From NCBI RefSeq assembly GCF_001194135.2, contig NC_068981.1, positions 3,156,672 to 3,220,671 of the forward strand: a DNA stretch of 64,000 nucleotides. The letters are read 5' to 3'. The notes under the pieces were generated by a model, which did not search any database, was not told the origin of the DNA, and saw only the letters and a list, made by a program, of their open reading frames with translations. The DNA comes from Octopus bimaculoides (taxonomy: Eukaryota). This document shows positions 50,206-60,829 of the stretch, one piece after another (the first letter of the stretch is position 1; each line of letters opens with the position of its first letter). A program made the translations under genes and the position numbers.

Positions 50206-52956
50206 AGACGCAATGTTTTCTCTCAACCTTTCGCTGTTATCAGCTAATTTCATGTTTTCTAATATCTTCTTCCATATCCATTCTTTAACGTAGTTCAACC
50301 AGTCCCCTTTCTTGTCTTTCTGTATCTTGTTTACGGGGGTTGGGGTGGGTGTACATGCATCTGTTAAACTGTTATATGTTTGTTATTGCCGTAATAAATT
50401 CCAGTTAGATTCACTGTTGTGTGAAGAAAATGCCTTAAGATATCAATCCTGTAAGGGATTGATAAAATATGTACAAGTAATAACCTATAGTGATCGATTT
50501 ATTGTAATCCTTTGCAAAGTTGTGGCATTCTGCCAGTTCAATATATTACCGGTCTTTAGCTTGGGTTGGATAGGTTGGCGTTGTTGAGGTTAATTTTCGT
50601 CTGGAGTTGCTGTCCTTGTAGAGGTGTCAGAAGATCATGGACTGCTTCTGCATTTCGTACAGAATACACACACACACACACACAATTTTTTTTCAGACAA
50701 GATGACAAAGGACTGAGATACTTGGTGCCTTGCTGTACCCAAGAAGACCTGTACTCCACAGCATAATTGTTAATGCTGCTCCCCCTGGAGAAGAGGATTG
50801 GTCTACAAGAGTAGAGTGTCTGTGCCATGTAAAAAGCACTTGTGCTGATGCCATGTATAAGTGCTCTTGCCAGTTCCACATTAAGAGCACCCAGCACACA
50901 CTGTAAAGTGGTTGGTGTTAAGAAGGACATCCAGCCATAGAAACCAAGCCAAATCAGACTGGAACCTGGTGCAGCTCTCAGGCTTGCCAGCTCTGGTCAA
51001 ACTGTCCAACCCAAGCCAATATTGGAAAACGGATGTTAAATGATGATGATGAACAAGGAAGCATTGTTATCTATAACCAATTTCTCTTAGTGATTTAAAG
51101 CCATATTAATCTTTAATCTTTGACCTGTACTACATTATCTGAAAATGAAACAATACATATTGCTTTATCTTATTTGAGGTAACTTCTGTTTTAGACATTG
51201 TATGCATGTCAATATATGGCACCTAAAGACAAAATGTAGCATGGAACAAAAAATATATAAGTTAATATTAAATGATCTGATGGTAATAGCTAGAACACCA
51301 TTGACCATAGTTCTGCTTTATCAGGGCTTTGCAGATAGTAAAAATAAACATTTTGCTCTAGTTTATCCTTTTTACGCATAAAAACTTTAACAAATCTTTT
51401 CCAGTTCTGTTCCCCTTTAATAAATTATCTTGATCTATCTATGTCTCTAATTAAACTTCAGACCATGATTATGTCCCAACAGCACTCTTGATTATCCTTC
51501 TCTGCTACTGTTCCTATACTCTCTTTCAAAAACATTTATCTCAAAGTTATTAAAATATATTATATACTATATATGGATTTTAACTCCAGTCACCAATCAG
51601 TTAAACTTGTTTAAAATATCTTTTATCTTTTGTTTGTTTCTGTCATTGAAATGTGACCATTCTAGGGCACCACCTTCAAGGGTTTTAGTTAAACAAATCA
51701 ACCCCAGAACTGATTTTTTAAGTCTAAGACTTATGCTATTTGTCTCGTATGCTGAACCACTAAGTTACAGGGGCACAAACCAACATTAGTCATTAAGGTG
51801 TTGGCTGGGGGAGACAAATATGGGCACAAGGATACACGCACGCACACACACACACACACACACACACATGACAGGCTTCCACACAGTTTCCATCTATCAA
51901 ATTCACTCACAAGGCTTTGGTTAACTCAGGGCTATAGTATAAGACACTTGCCCAAAGTGTTGCACAGTAGAGCTAAACATGAAGCCACACGGTCGCAAAG
52001 CAAGCTTTTTAACCACACAGTTATGCCTGTGCCTATATTCAAGATTCGTGGCTGTGTGGTAAGTAGCTTGCTTACCAACCACATGGTTCTGGGTTCAGTC
52101 CCACTTCATGGCCCTTATGAGTGGATTTGGTAGACGGAAACTGAAACTGAAAGAATCCTGTCATATATATGTATGTGTTTGTCCCCCCAACATCACCTGA
52201 CAACCGATGCTGGTGTGTTTATGTCTCCGTAACTTAGCTGTCCAGCAAAAGAGACCGATAGAATAAGTACTAGGCTTATAAAGAATAAGTCCTGGGGTCA
52301 ATTTGCTCGACTAAAGGCGGTGCTCCAGCATGGCCACAGTCAAATGACTGAAGTAAGTAAAAGAGAGTATAGTGGTCTCCTACAATGGCTAGAACCTTCA
52401 TTCTTGCCAAAGATCAACCATGGGGAGAGACTGAGACCCTCTCCATAGAAAACTTCATTGAATAGACAGTTTTATGTAAATATTGAGTAAAGTTGGCTTG
52501 GTAAACTTGGAAGCTACTCTATAGTCTACCATCGACCTAATTCCCTATGTTAGCATTTTCTACAATAGATTTTAATCTAACATATGCCATATTTAGATTA
52601 CTTTCTGATATATCTCTTCTGGCAAGTGTGCACTCTTAACGTTGTGAGGATTGCATCACAAAAGACTGGTCTTCTGCTTAGGGTCCAGAAAATAAACCTC
52701 AATCCCAAACTACTAGCCTTCTATAAAGCTCAAGTAAGACTTGTAAGGCAGTAATGTTCTAGTTCATTGTAGATTATATTCCCCCAAAAAGGCCATCTGC
52801 CAAATTGACATAAAGTCACTCCCCAACACACTCCAATTTGTGGCCTATAGGTTCTTTGGTACCTCTCTATCCTTGCCCTTTTTTTTTTTTACAACTACAA
52901 TAGTATCTTCAGCTTCTTGATACTGACATTGTCAATTCTTGTTTTATTTTCATAAG

Positions 52957-53005
52957 TTACAGAAACTGTTGCTGAGAGCAGTGAAGATGAAATGATTCCA
53001 AAAAG
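52957..53005 (+). CDS. Gene 2 candidate exon (TETVAESSEDEMIPK)
   Basis: Acceptor ttttattttcataag|, purine-rich 49 nt, phase 1 to 2, donor AG|gtagct. Confidence 0.5.
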
Positions 53006-54131
53006 GTAGCTTTTGCATAGTTTTAAAAATGATTTTGATATAATTCCTTGTTTGTTATTTTTACTTTTTCTTTTCTTTATCCATATTAAAATGCCAGATG
53101 GATTCAAAGAGCAACACTATTAATTATATATATTAAATATAGAGAGTATAATTCTTGTATTTTCATTTTCTTTTATTTCTTTATTTTTTGTCTTGTCTTT
53201 TACTTGTTTCAGTCATCGGACTATGGCAAGCCTGGGCACTGCCTTAAAGGGTTTTAGTCAAACGAATTGATCTCAGTATTTTTTAAGCCTGGTACTTATT
53301 CCATCAATCTCTTATGCTGAACCCCTAAAATACAGGGATGTAAGCAAACCAACACTGGTTGTCAAGTGGTGGTAGGGGCTGAACACACACACACACACGG
53401 TAGGGTTCTTTCAGTTTCTGTCTACCAAATTCACTCAAGGCTTTGCTTGGCCAGGGGTTATAGTGGAAGACACTTATCAAAGTGCGATGCAGTGGGACTG
53501 AATCCAGAACCATGTGGTTGGGAAGCAAGCGTCTCTCTGTGAAGTGAATGACAGAATGCCCTGGCAAGACATTAAACTGCATCTGGTGATGAAGCCTGGG
53601 GGTTCAATAGTTTTAAGGAGTATGACATTCTCTTAGTCACCACTCCTCCCAAATTCTCTCTTGCTTGTGGTGGTAGTATGTGACGTGGTTCTCGGTTATG
53701 GCTAAAATGACAGAAGACAGTCTTGTGGCAAAGTCATACAGGCTTGGAGAAGGGCTAGTCCCTAGGTGTCTGTCACACAGCCCCAAAGATGTGATGAAAG
53801 TGACTGGAAACCATTGTATCTTTCACAAGAAATATTATGACTTTGGCATGTAGGTCCATGATCACTTATACCTGTAGGCATGGCACATGAAAAGAGAGAG
53901 GAGAATTACAGAAAAGTGTAGAACGTTCATCATTGTTATCATTATTATCATTTCAAGTCTGCTTCATGCTTGTGTATGTTAGGTTTTCTCTAGCAAAGCA
54001 TATTGCTATTTGTTGTGGGCCTTTGTCTTCTTACAGAAATTAAGTCTCTTGAGATTAGCTTTCACTACTTCTCCCATGTCTTTTTCATCTTCTATCCAGA
54101 CCATCAGTCTTTTTTCTTGCACGCTACACAA

Positions 54132-54662
54132 ACAAGGTCTGGCCAGAAAGTATTCGAACTGTTGCTATGGTACTGGAGCTAAAGTATGCAGAATGAAGTT
54201 GCTTGGCACAGACCAACCTTAGACTCTATTGTACATGCATGCTAAGTTATAATATTCTTGCTCACTTCTGTTGTTTATAGCAGTGCTTGGAAGTTTGGTG
54301 TTTAGAGTGTGGTCATCTCAAAAAGATTGGGTGTCAGCTGTGCAGGGTCTCTTTGATTGCATCAAGGAAGATGAAAACTTTTTGAAAACAGTTATAACAT
54401 ATGACAAATCATGGGTCTATGGCTGTGACCCTGAAACCAAAGTGGAAGACCTCAGCAAGATTTCAAGACATTAAGGAAATCTAAGAGAATGTTGCAAAAA
54501 TGGAATTCCGGGAATGCTTTCATCAATGGAAACAACACTGGATTAAGTGTGTGGCTTCTGAAGGGGACTACTTTGAAGGAGATTAAATGCTGAATTGATG
54601 ATCTGTGTTGTAGTTTTCATTTTATAGCAGCAGTCCCAATACTTTTTGATCAGACCTCTTAT
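54132..54662 (+). mobile_element. mariner deletion derivative
   Basis: ENFLKTVITYDKSWVYGCDPETK (first catalytic-Asp motif), joined to a C-terminus CFHQWKQHWIKCVASEGDYFEGD*. TIRs AGGTCTGGCCAGAAAGTATT / AATACTTTTTGATCAGACCT. Confidence 0.85.
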
Positions 54663-56379
54663 ACCTATTATTTATTTTTTCATTTCATTTGTCCTCTCAT
54701 TCATGCACACAGTAACATTATACATCCAGAAGGGGTTTATTTCTTTCCAGCCCTCAATCATCCTTCTCATTCAATATCCATAATATGCTAATATGTGTCA
54801 TTGCCCTTTGTATGCAAGGGAGAGTTTCTTTATTGTCAGAAGAGATAAGAGCTCCCTAATCTTTTCCACCCCATTATTACTATGGCTACTATACTTTTGG
54901 AATACCTGTCTCCATTGTTAATTAAATCGCTAGATAATGGAATCTGTCAACTACTTTTAGGGATCCTTGTGAGCATTTGAAAATTTATTTTGAAAGAATT
55001 TATTAAAAATCCAGATTGATACAAGCAAAAGTTTTGAGATGAAAACAAGTTCCTTTTGATAAATATTTCACCAAACATCCATTTCACAGAATTAGCAAAT
55101 TTTCGGTTCCAATATTCTGTACTTAGATCATAAAAATAGTTTAATTTATTTCAATTTTAATGTTTACTTCTGTTAATGATGCATATGGTATTGGTCTACT
55201 GTATCATTTTAACTTGTTATATAACATTTGGTCTTATTTCTATCAAGCAACAACTATGTATCTATTTATCTCTGTAAGTATATTTATAACCAGTTCAATG
55301 ATCACAAACACATGAAAATCATCAATAACTTATTTGTTTCCAGAAAACTACACTCACTATCCTCAAGAATTATTGGCACACAGTCTAATTTATGTCCTGT
55401 TTGGCATGTTGCCCTGACCATGCTACATATATCATAAACTAGAAGGATTTGTTATTTCTTCAATGCTTATACCATGTCTATGCTTGGTAAATTGTTATCA
55501 ATATCAGAAATCTTTGATCAACATTTTGAGACTACAGTTTCTTTTTAATTGGATTTTGTCGCATTTCCTTTCCTCAAACATTCTTGTTTGTTATAGTAGT
55601 ATTTACATAGTTGAAATTATTTTAAGAAATAATGTGTTTACACACCATATTTTAACAATTTCTTAGCAGGTTTGAAAATAAATAATTATCCTAGCTATTT
55701 TCGTAATGTTCAGATAACCACATCATATTCTTTAATATCTGTTTTCTATATACTTAGATCTGTTTTCTGTACTTAGATTTTGGTCAGATTTGTACATCAT
55801 CATCATCATTTAATGCCCATGTTCCATGTTGGTTTGTGTTGGATGGTTTGCCAGGATCTGATGGATCCAAAGACTTCATTATGCTCCAGTGTTTACTTTA
55901 GCCCCTATTGCTCCTATGGCTGGATGCCCTTCCTCATGCCAAATACTCTACAGTGTATACTGGGTGCTTTTTTTTTTTTTTGTCACACTAGAACCGAGGT
56001 CACCATGCAGCTTGCATGACTACAAACCTCAGGGGTGTAGGGGTGCTTTATGCTGGGAGAGGAGGGGTTAAAGTATGAGAGAAGCCAGAGCATGGAAATG
56101 TTTGTTGCTGTAGATGAGTTACTTACATTCTAGAAGTGAGGGTGGGAATGATCAAGGGGAGCTGGAAAGGGATAGAAATAGTTTTAATGAGGGGTTTGGG
56201 TGGACCTTCAAGGTACAAGGTGAATGGAACTGAGTAGGGATAGAGGAACTGAGTGAGGGTGGAGGATGCAAGAGTGCATGGAAGGATCATCATCATCATT
56301 CTCATCATTTAACATCCATCTTTCATGCTGGCATGAGTTGGTTGGTTTGACAGGAGTTGGCAAACCAAAGAACTACACC

Positions 56380-56720
56380 AGGGTGAGAGTGGAAAATTGA
56401 TGAGGGTGGTGGTATGCAAATGCAGTAAAGATTGAGTCGGGTTGAAGAGCAGATGTAGTGAATGGTGGATAAGGAGTGAATTGGGGGATAACTGGAAGAT
56501 AACTGACAGTACAGAAAAAGTGGGGGTGGGTAGGAGAACAGCAGAATAGTAATTATGATGCAGTAGATAGGAAAAGGATGTGAGAGATGACGTGGTGTAG
56601 TTGTATGAGGAGAGGAGAGAAAATTTGGTGGCTTGGTGGTAGTGAGGTCAATGCAGTGTGTGGATAGAGAGAACAGTATTCATACATAAAAGATGGATAA
56701 CAAGTGGAAAAATTGCAGGT
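56380..56720 (-). mobile_element. CR1/Jockey-like LINE 3' fragment
   Basis: The degenerate minus-strand translation (YEYCS...LTSLPPS...HFFCTVS) resembles LINE ORF2 ends. Confidence 0.4.
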
Positions 56721-57617
56721 CGTGAGAAAGAGAAATATCAAAGAAGAGCTACAGTATCAGTTGCTGTATCAACTGTATCATTCCATGTCATTTTTGGCTT
56801 GGCTGGGACTTTGTCTAAGTTACATGTCTTATCATTTGCAGTTTGTTTCGTAGATTCCCAGTTATCATTTATGCTACAAGCACCTAAATCCTTCTCTTTA
56901 CAGTCATATGCATCACTTAAAACAATGGTTTTCAACTGGGGTCCACATGACTCTTGGGAGTGCATATAAGATTTTATTAAGATTCATGTGCATTAAGTTG
57001 GGCATACTTCTACAATACACAAAATATTTTAACAATTTCTTTTATAGAATTCTTAATATTTGATTATAGAAATTTAATAAGATTTTTCAAACATCAAATG
57101 GCTATGAGGGCCTATCCAAGTAAAAATAGGAATCAAAGGGTAAAAAGTGGTTGAGAACCCCTGAATTAGAATTTGTCAAAAGCTATTCCCAATTATGAGT
57201 CTTTTAGTTTCCATATCTTCCTTCTCCATTATCTATTTTTGTATCTTCCTCTGGCCAACTCTGAAGTTTATCAACAAATCCTATAAAACTAGTACACATT
57301 AGTACAAATGCCATAAAAGTGTAGTAATATTTTAGTTAACAAATCATATGAAATTATGGTGAAGGTCGTAAAACTAAACACCTTGTATTATGCTATTTGT
57401 AGTTCAGGTTTCAATTTAATTTACTTAAATAATTATTGTAAAAGCAGTTACCCATATCAACTATTTCAGATACTTTTTATTGGTTTATTTTTGATAATTA
57501 TATTTATAACTCTCTATGATCACACATAGTATAATGTACTAAAATATTTTGTAAAGACTTTATTGTATATTTTTTTTGAGCATAAATATTAACTAGTTTT
57601 ATATTCATTTATTGTAG

Positions 57618-57689
57618 TCAAAAGATTATTCCTGCATTTTCTTCTCGAAACAAAAGTGTTAAAGATGGTAACAGTAAAAAAATAAGAAA
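57618..57689 (+). CDS. Gene 2 candidate exon (QKIIPAFSSRNKSVKDGNSKKIR)
   Basis: Acceptor tttattgtag|, 72 nt, phase 2 to 2, donor AA|gtgagt. In frame with the 52957 exon. Confidence 0.55.
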
Positions 57690-57845
57690 GTGAGTAAAAC
57701 TTTGTCAGCATCGGTTTTATATTTTGCAATCTTTTTCTTTCCTTGATTTATTTTCAATTACTGTGAGTATTTTATTGTCAACTAAAATATTTTGTTTAAT
57801 TTTTGGTCTTTTAAATTGTAAAAATGCAATCTAATTTTGGAACAG

Positions 57846-57942
57846 TATAATTGTTAGTGTTTTATTAGAGCAATTAAATATTGAAGAATATTTAAAACAA
57901 GAAAAAGTTTATTTGGATGAAGAAATGTTAATCCAGTTATGA
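57846..57942 (+). CDS. Gene 2 possible next or last exon (IIVSVLLEQLNIEEYLKQEKVYLDEEMLIQL*)
   Basis: Acceptor ctaattttggaacag| is phase-2 compatible and the frame stays open to TGA at 57940-57942. The acceptor is weak. An alternative continuation at 60076/60092-60123 (VFSIPGTKSV, donor gtaaat) is in a compatible frame. Confidence 0.3.
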
Positions 57943-58053
57943 ATTATATTTAATTTTAAGTAAATATAAGTATTATGCTATGCTGTACTATAGAATACAG
58001 TAATAAATACTTTGTCTTTATATACAGAAACTTCATAAATATCAAAAGAGGGA

Positions 58054-58101
58054 TCAGCTGAACTAGTTTCAGTCTTGTGTTGGGATTTCATCAGTAACTG
58101 A
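58054..58101 (-). ncRNA. Degenerate hammerhead motif (inverted copy)
   Basis: Minus strand: TCAGTTA-CTGATGA-AATCCC(AACAC)AAGACT-GAAAC(TA)GTT-CAGCTGA. Core intact, stem II mismatched. Confidence 0.6.
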
Positions 58102-58329
58102 ATACCTTCTTTAACTGTCCAGACATCACTGGGGATTTATCAGACCAATTTGCATATTTCATTTATTCAGAAAGATGGATTTGTTACACTTAATGTAGTA
58201 ATAATATATTTATTGGACTAGCTGTCAAGAATGTGTTGAATTTGCAAATTGCTCTCTGACATGCTTTAAACCCTCAGAAATACTATGTTTATAAGCAGTG
58301 TTTTGTTGGAGAGTTAAGGAGGAGGGCAT

Positions 58330-58377
58330 TCAGTCACTGATGAAATCCTAACACAGGATTGAAACTAGTCTAGCTGA
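58330..58377 (+). ncRNA. Minimal type-I hammerhead ribozyme, intact core, GUC triplet
   Basis: TCAGTCA-CTGATGA-AATCCT(AACAC)AGGATT-GAAAC(TA)GTC-TAGCTGA. Stem II is a perfect 6 bp, stem III is palindromic ACTAGT, stem I has one C-A mismatch and one G-U pair. Predicted cut at 58370/58371. Confidence 0.8.
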
Positions 58378-58629
58378 TTCCTCTTTCTCTGTCCATGAAT
58401 ATATTGTATGCAGAAATAAAGTGTTTACATTTGTCACATTGTGTTAGCTAAATATCTATAGATGGACGTATTCTATAGTATAGTTTTGAAACCAAACATT
58501 ATTCATGTACCAGATAATCAAATTGTCAAGAATGCATTAAATATGCAAAATGATCTGTTCAATTTACTTAAGCCCTCAGTCATATTGTATTTAGAAATGG
58601 TGAATTGTGTGGATTGTTAAGGAGAGTAT

Positions 58630-58671
58630 TCAATCTTTGATGAAATCCTGGGTTGAAACTAGTCTGGTTGA
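58630..58671 (+). ncRNA. Degenerate hammerhead motif (tandem copy, +300 bp)
   Basis: TCAATCT-TTGATGA-AATCCTGGGTT-GAAAC(TA)GTC-TGGTTGA. C3 is replaced by U and stem II is shortened. Confidence 0.55.
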
Positions 58672-58984
58672 TCCTTCCTTTCCTGTCCAAAGACAAGGTG
58701 TTTACATCTCTGTATTATATAGTGTTGGCTAAAATCTTGGTCTGTTCTATAGTACAATATAATGCTATTCCTGCATGGGTCAAACGGAATTTGGTGAGGC
58801 AGATTTTCTATGGTCAGATGCCTTTCCTGTCACTAACCATTATCTGTTACCAAGCAAGGTATTATTTCCTCATAGCTAGACATATTTCATGAAAGACTGG
58901 AAACTAACAATATTGCTTGGATGATGGTGACGCTTGTATGATGACTGAAGTCAAATGACTGAAACAAGTAAAAGATATAAGATA

Positions 58985-59660
58985 TATATCATCATCATCC
59001 TTTAATGCATGTTTTCCATGCTGGCATGGGTTGGACAGTTTGATCAGAGCTGGCCAGCTGGAGAGCTGCACCAAATTCCAGTCTGATTTGGCTTGGTTTC
59101 TATGGCTGGATGCCCTTCTTAATGCCAACCACATTACAGTGTGTATTAGGGACTTTTAACATGGCACCACACAAACACTTTTATGTGGAACTGGCACAAG
59201 TGCTTTCCATGTGGAACAGGCACACAGCTCTTGCAGGCCAATTCTCTTCCCCAAGGGATGTGGCCTTAACATGTCTGCTGTAGAGGATGGGTCTTCTTGA
59301 GTACAGCAAGGTGCCAGGTCTCTTGGTCCTTTGTTATCTTGTCTGAAAGGTTATCCTTCAGGACTTTGTCCCATGTCTTCCTGTGACTCCCTCTTCTGAG
59401 TGTTCCATTCACTTTGAGAGATTGGCACTTCTTTATGGAGCTATTGGCATCCATCTGCATCATATGACTAAACCAACGCAATTTTCTCTCTTGCACACTA
59501 ATTTTACTTATGCTTAATTTCCCTCTCAGAATACATCAGCATTCTGTTGAACAGGTACACTTACATTAAACATCCAGCAGAGCATACCATTCTCATTCCT
59601 CTCCAGCCTTTGCATGTCCTCTGCATTTAGGGCCCATGTCTCACTACCATGTAGAGAATT
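58985..59660 (-). mobile_element. RTE LINE 3' end (ORF C-terminus plus family-A tail)
   Basis: ETWALNAEDMQRLERNE, KLRWFSHMMQM and GSHRKTWDKVL (ORF 59266..59496) run directly into the family-A repeat and (GAT)n tail. Confidence 0.85.
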
Positions 59661-60829
59661 GATGATATATATATATACATACATATCATTATTTGTCTGT
59701 TTCCAAGCTGGTATGGGTAGGATGGTTTGACAGGGAACTGGTCAGCTGCGGGGCTGTATCAAGCTCCAGTGTAATCTTTGACATAGTTTCTATGAATGGA
59801 TGCCCTTCCTACTGCCAGCCATTTTACAGTGTGTATTAGGTGCTTTTTTGTGCACAAATTATTAGAAAATAAATTTATTGATAACATTGCATCACATCAT
59901 TGGTAATATTCTCATAAAGCAAGGAACTATACTAATTTTGTTCTGATGACAAACATGGATGAGTGAATAAGAAAGAACATATATCCCATATTATTAATAA
60001 AATACAATATCATCTTATAACAACTAATTCACCAATCAGTGAAACAAACAGCCCACATAATATCATTCCTTTTAGCTTTTTCTGATGATAGAGTTTTCTC
60101 AATTCCTGGTACAAAATCAGTTGGTAAATTGGCCATTATTAGTCTATAATATTGTATTTAATTAACAATAATATACTCACTCTATTAACCGATATATGAG
60201 TGCCTGTTTTTTCTGACTTGTGGATTTTTACATAACTATTGTATATTGTATATGAAGAGCTATGACTTTCTGTAGAAAGAGAGTTACATTAAAGAATCAA
60301 TTATATTGTCAGTCTGATTGTGAGTAAACACTCTTAGCTCATTAATGGTCCATATTACAAATTGGGTGTATGGTGTGTGGGTGCGTGTGCATCTAGTGTG
60401 TGTGCAGTATATGTGTACATGGTGTGGTGGTGTGTATGTGTGCATTTTGTTTTGTGCATGTGTATTTGGTGTATGTGTGTTTAGTGTGTGTACGCATTGT
60501 GTGTGTGTTTATCTAGTCTTTTGAAACTGAAAACAATAATGATACACTTGCATGAGTAGATAAATTGAATGTAGTTTATTCCACATTTTGAATATAAATT
60601 TTTCATAACTAACTGATTGCTGTTGAATATTTTAATGAATACTTAAATGGGACTAAAAATATATGGTTACATACAATTCATGACAGTTATATGTAACACT
60701 AAATGAGTTTTATACTTGAAATATTTTGTCACCCTCTAACATTGGCCTTTCTTCACTGCTAGTCGTCACTTATTCTTCAGGCCATCCATCGGTAACATCA
60801 GTCACTATCTCTTATCATTGTCCATTTCC

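Larger units (their letters stand above)
58020..58760. mobile_element. Retrozyme- or Penelope-pLTR-like cluster: two diverged 300-bp tandem units plus an inverted partial unit
   Basis: tgtcaagaatg occurs at 58223 and 58524, hammerhead cores at 58337 and 58637, and both units share gtgtttacat...ttctatagta. 58024-58120 is the reverse complement of about 58307-58410. Confidence 0.65.
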
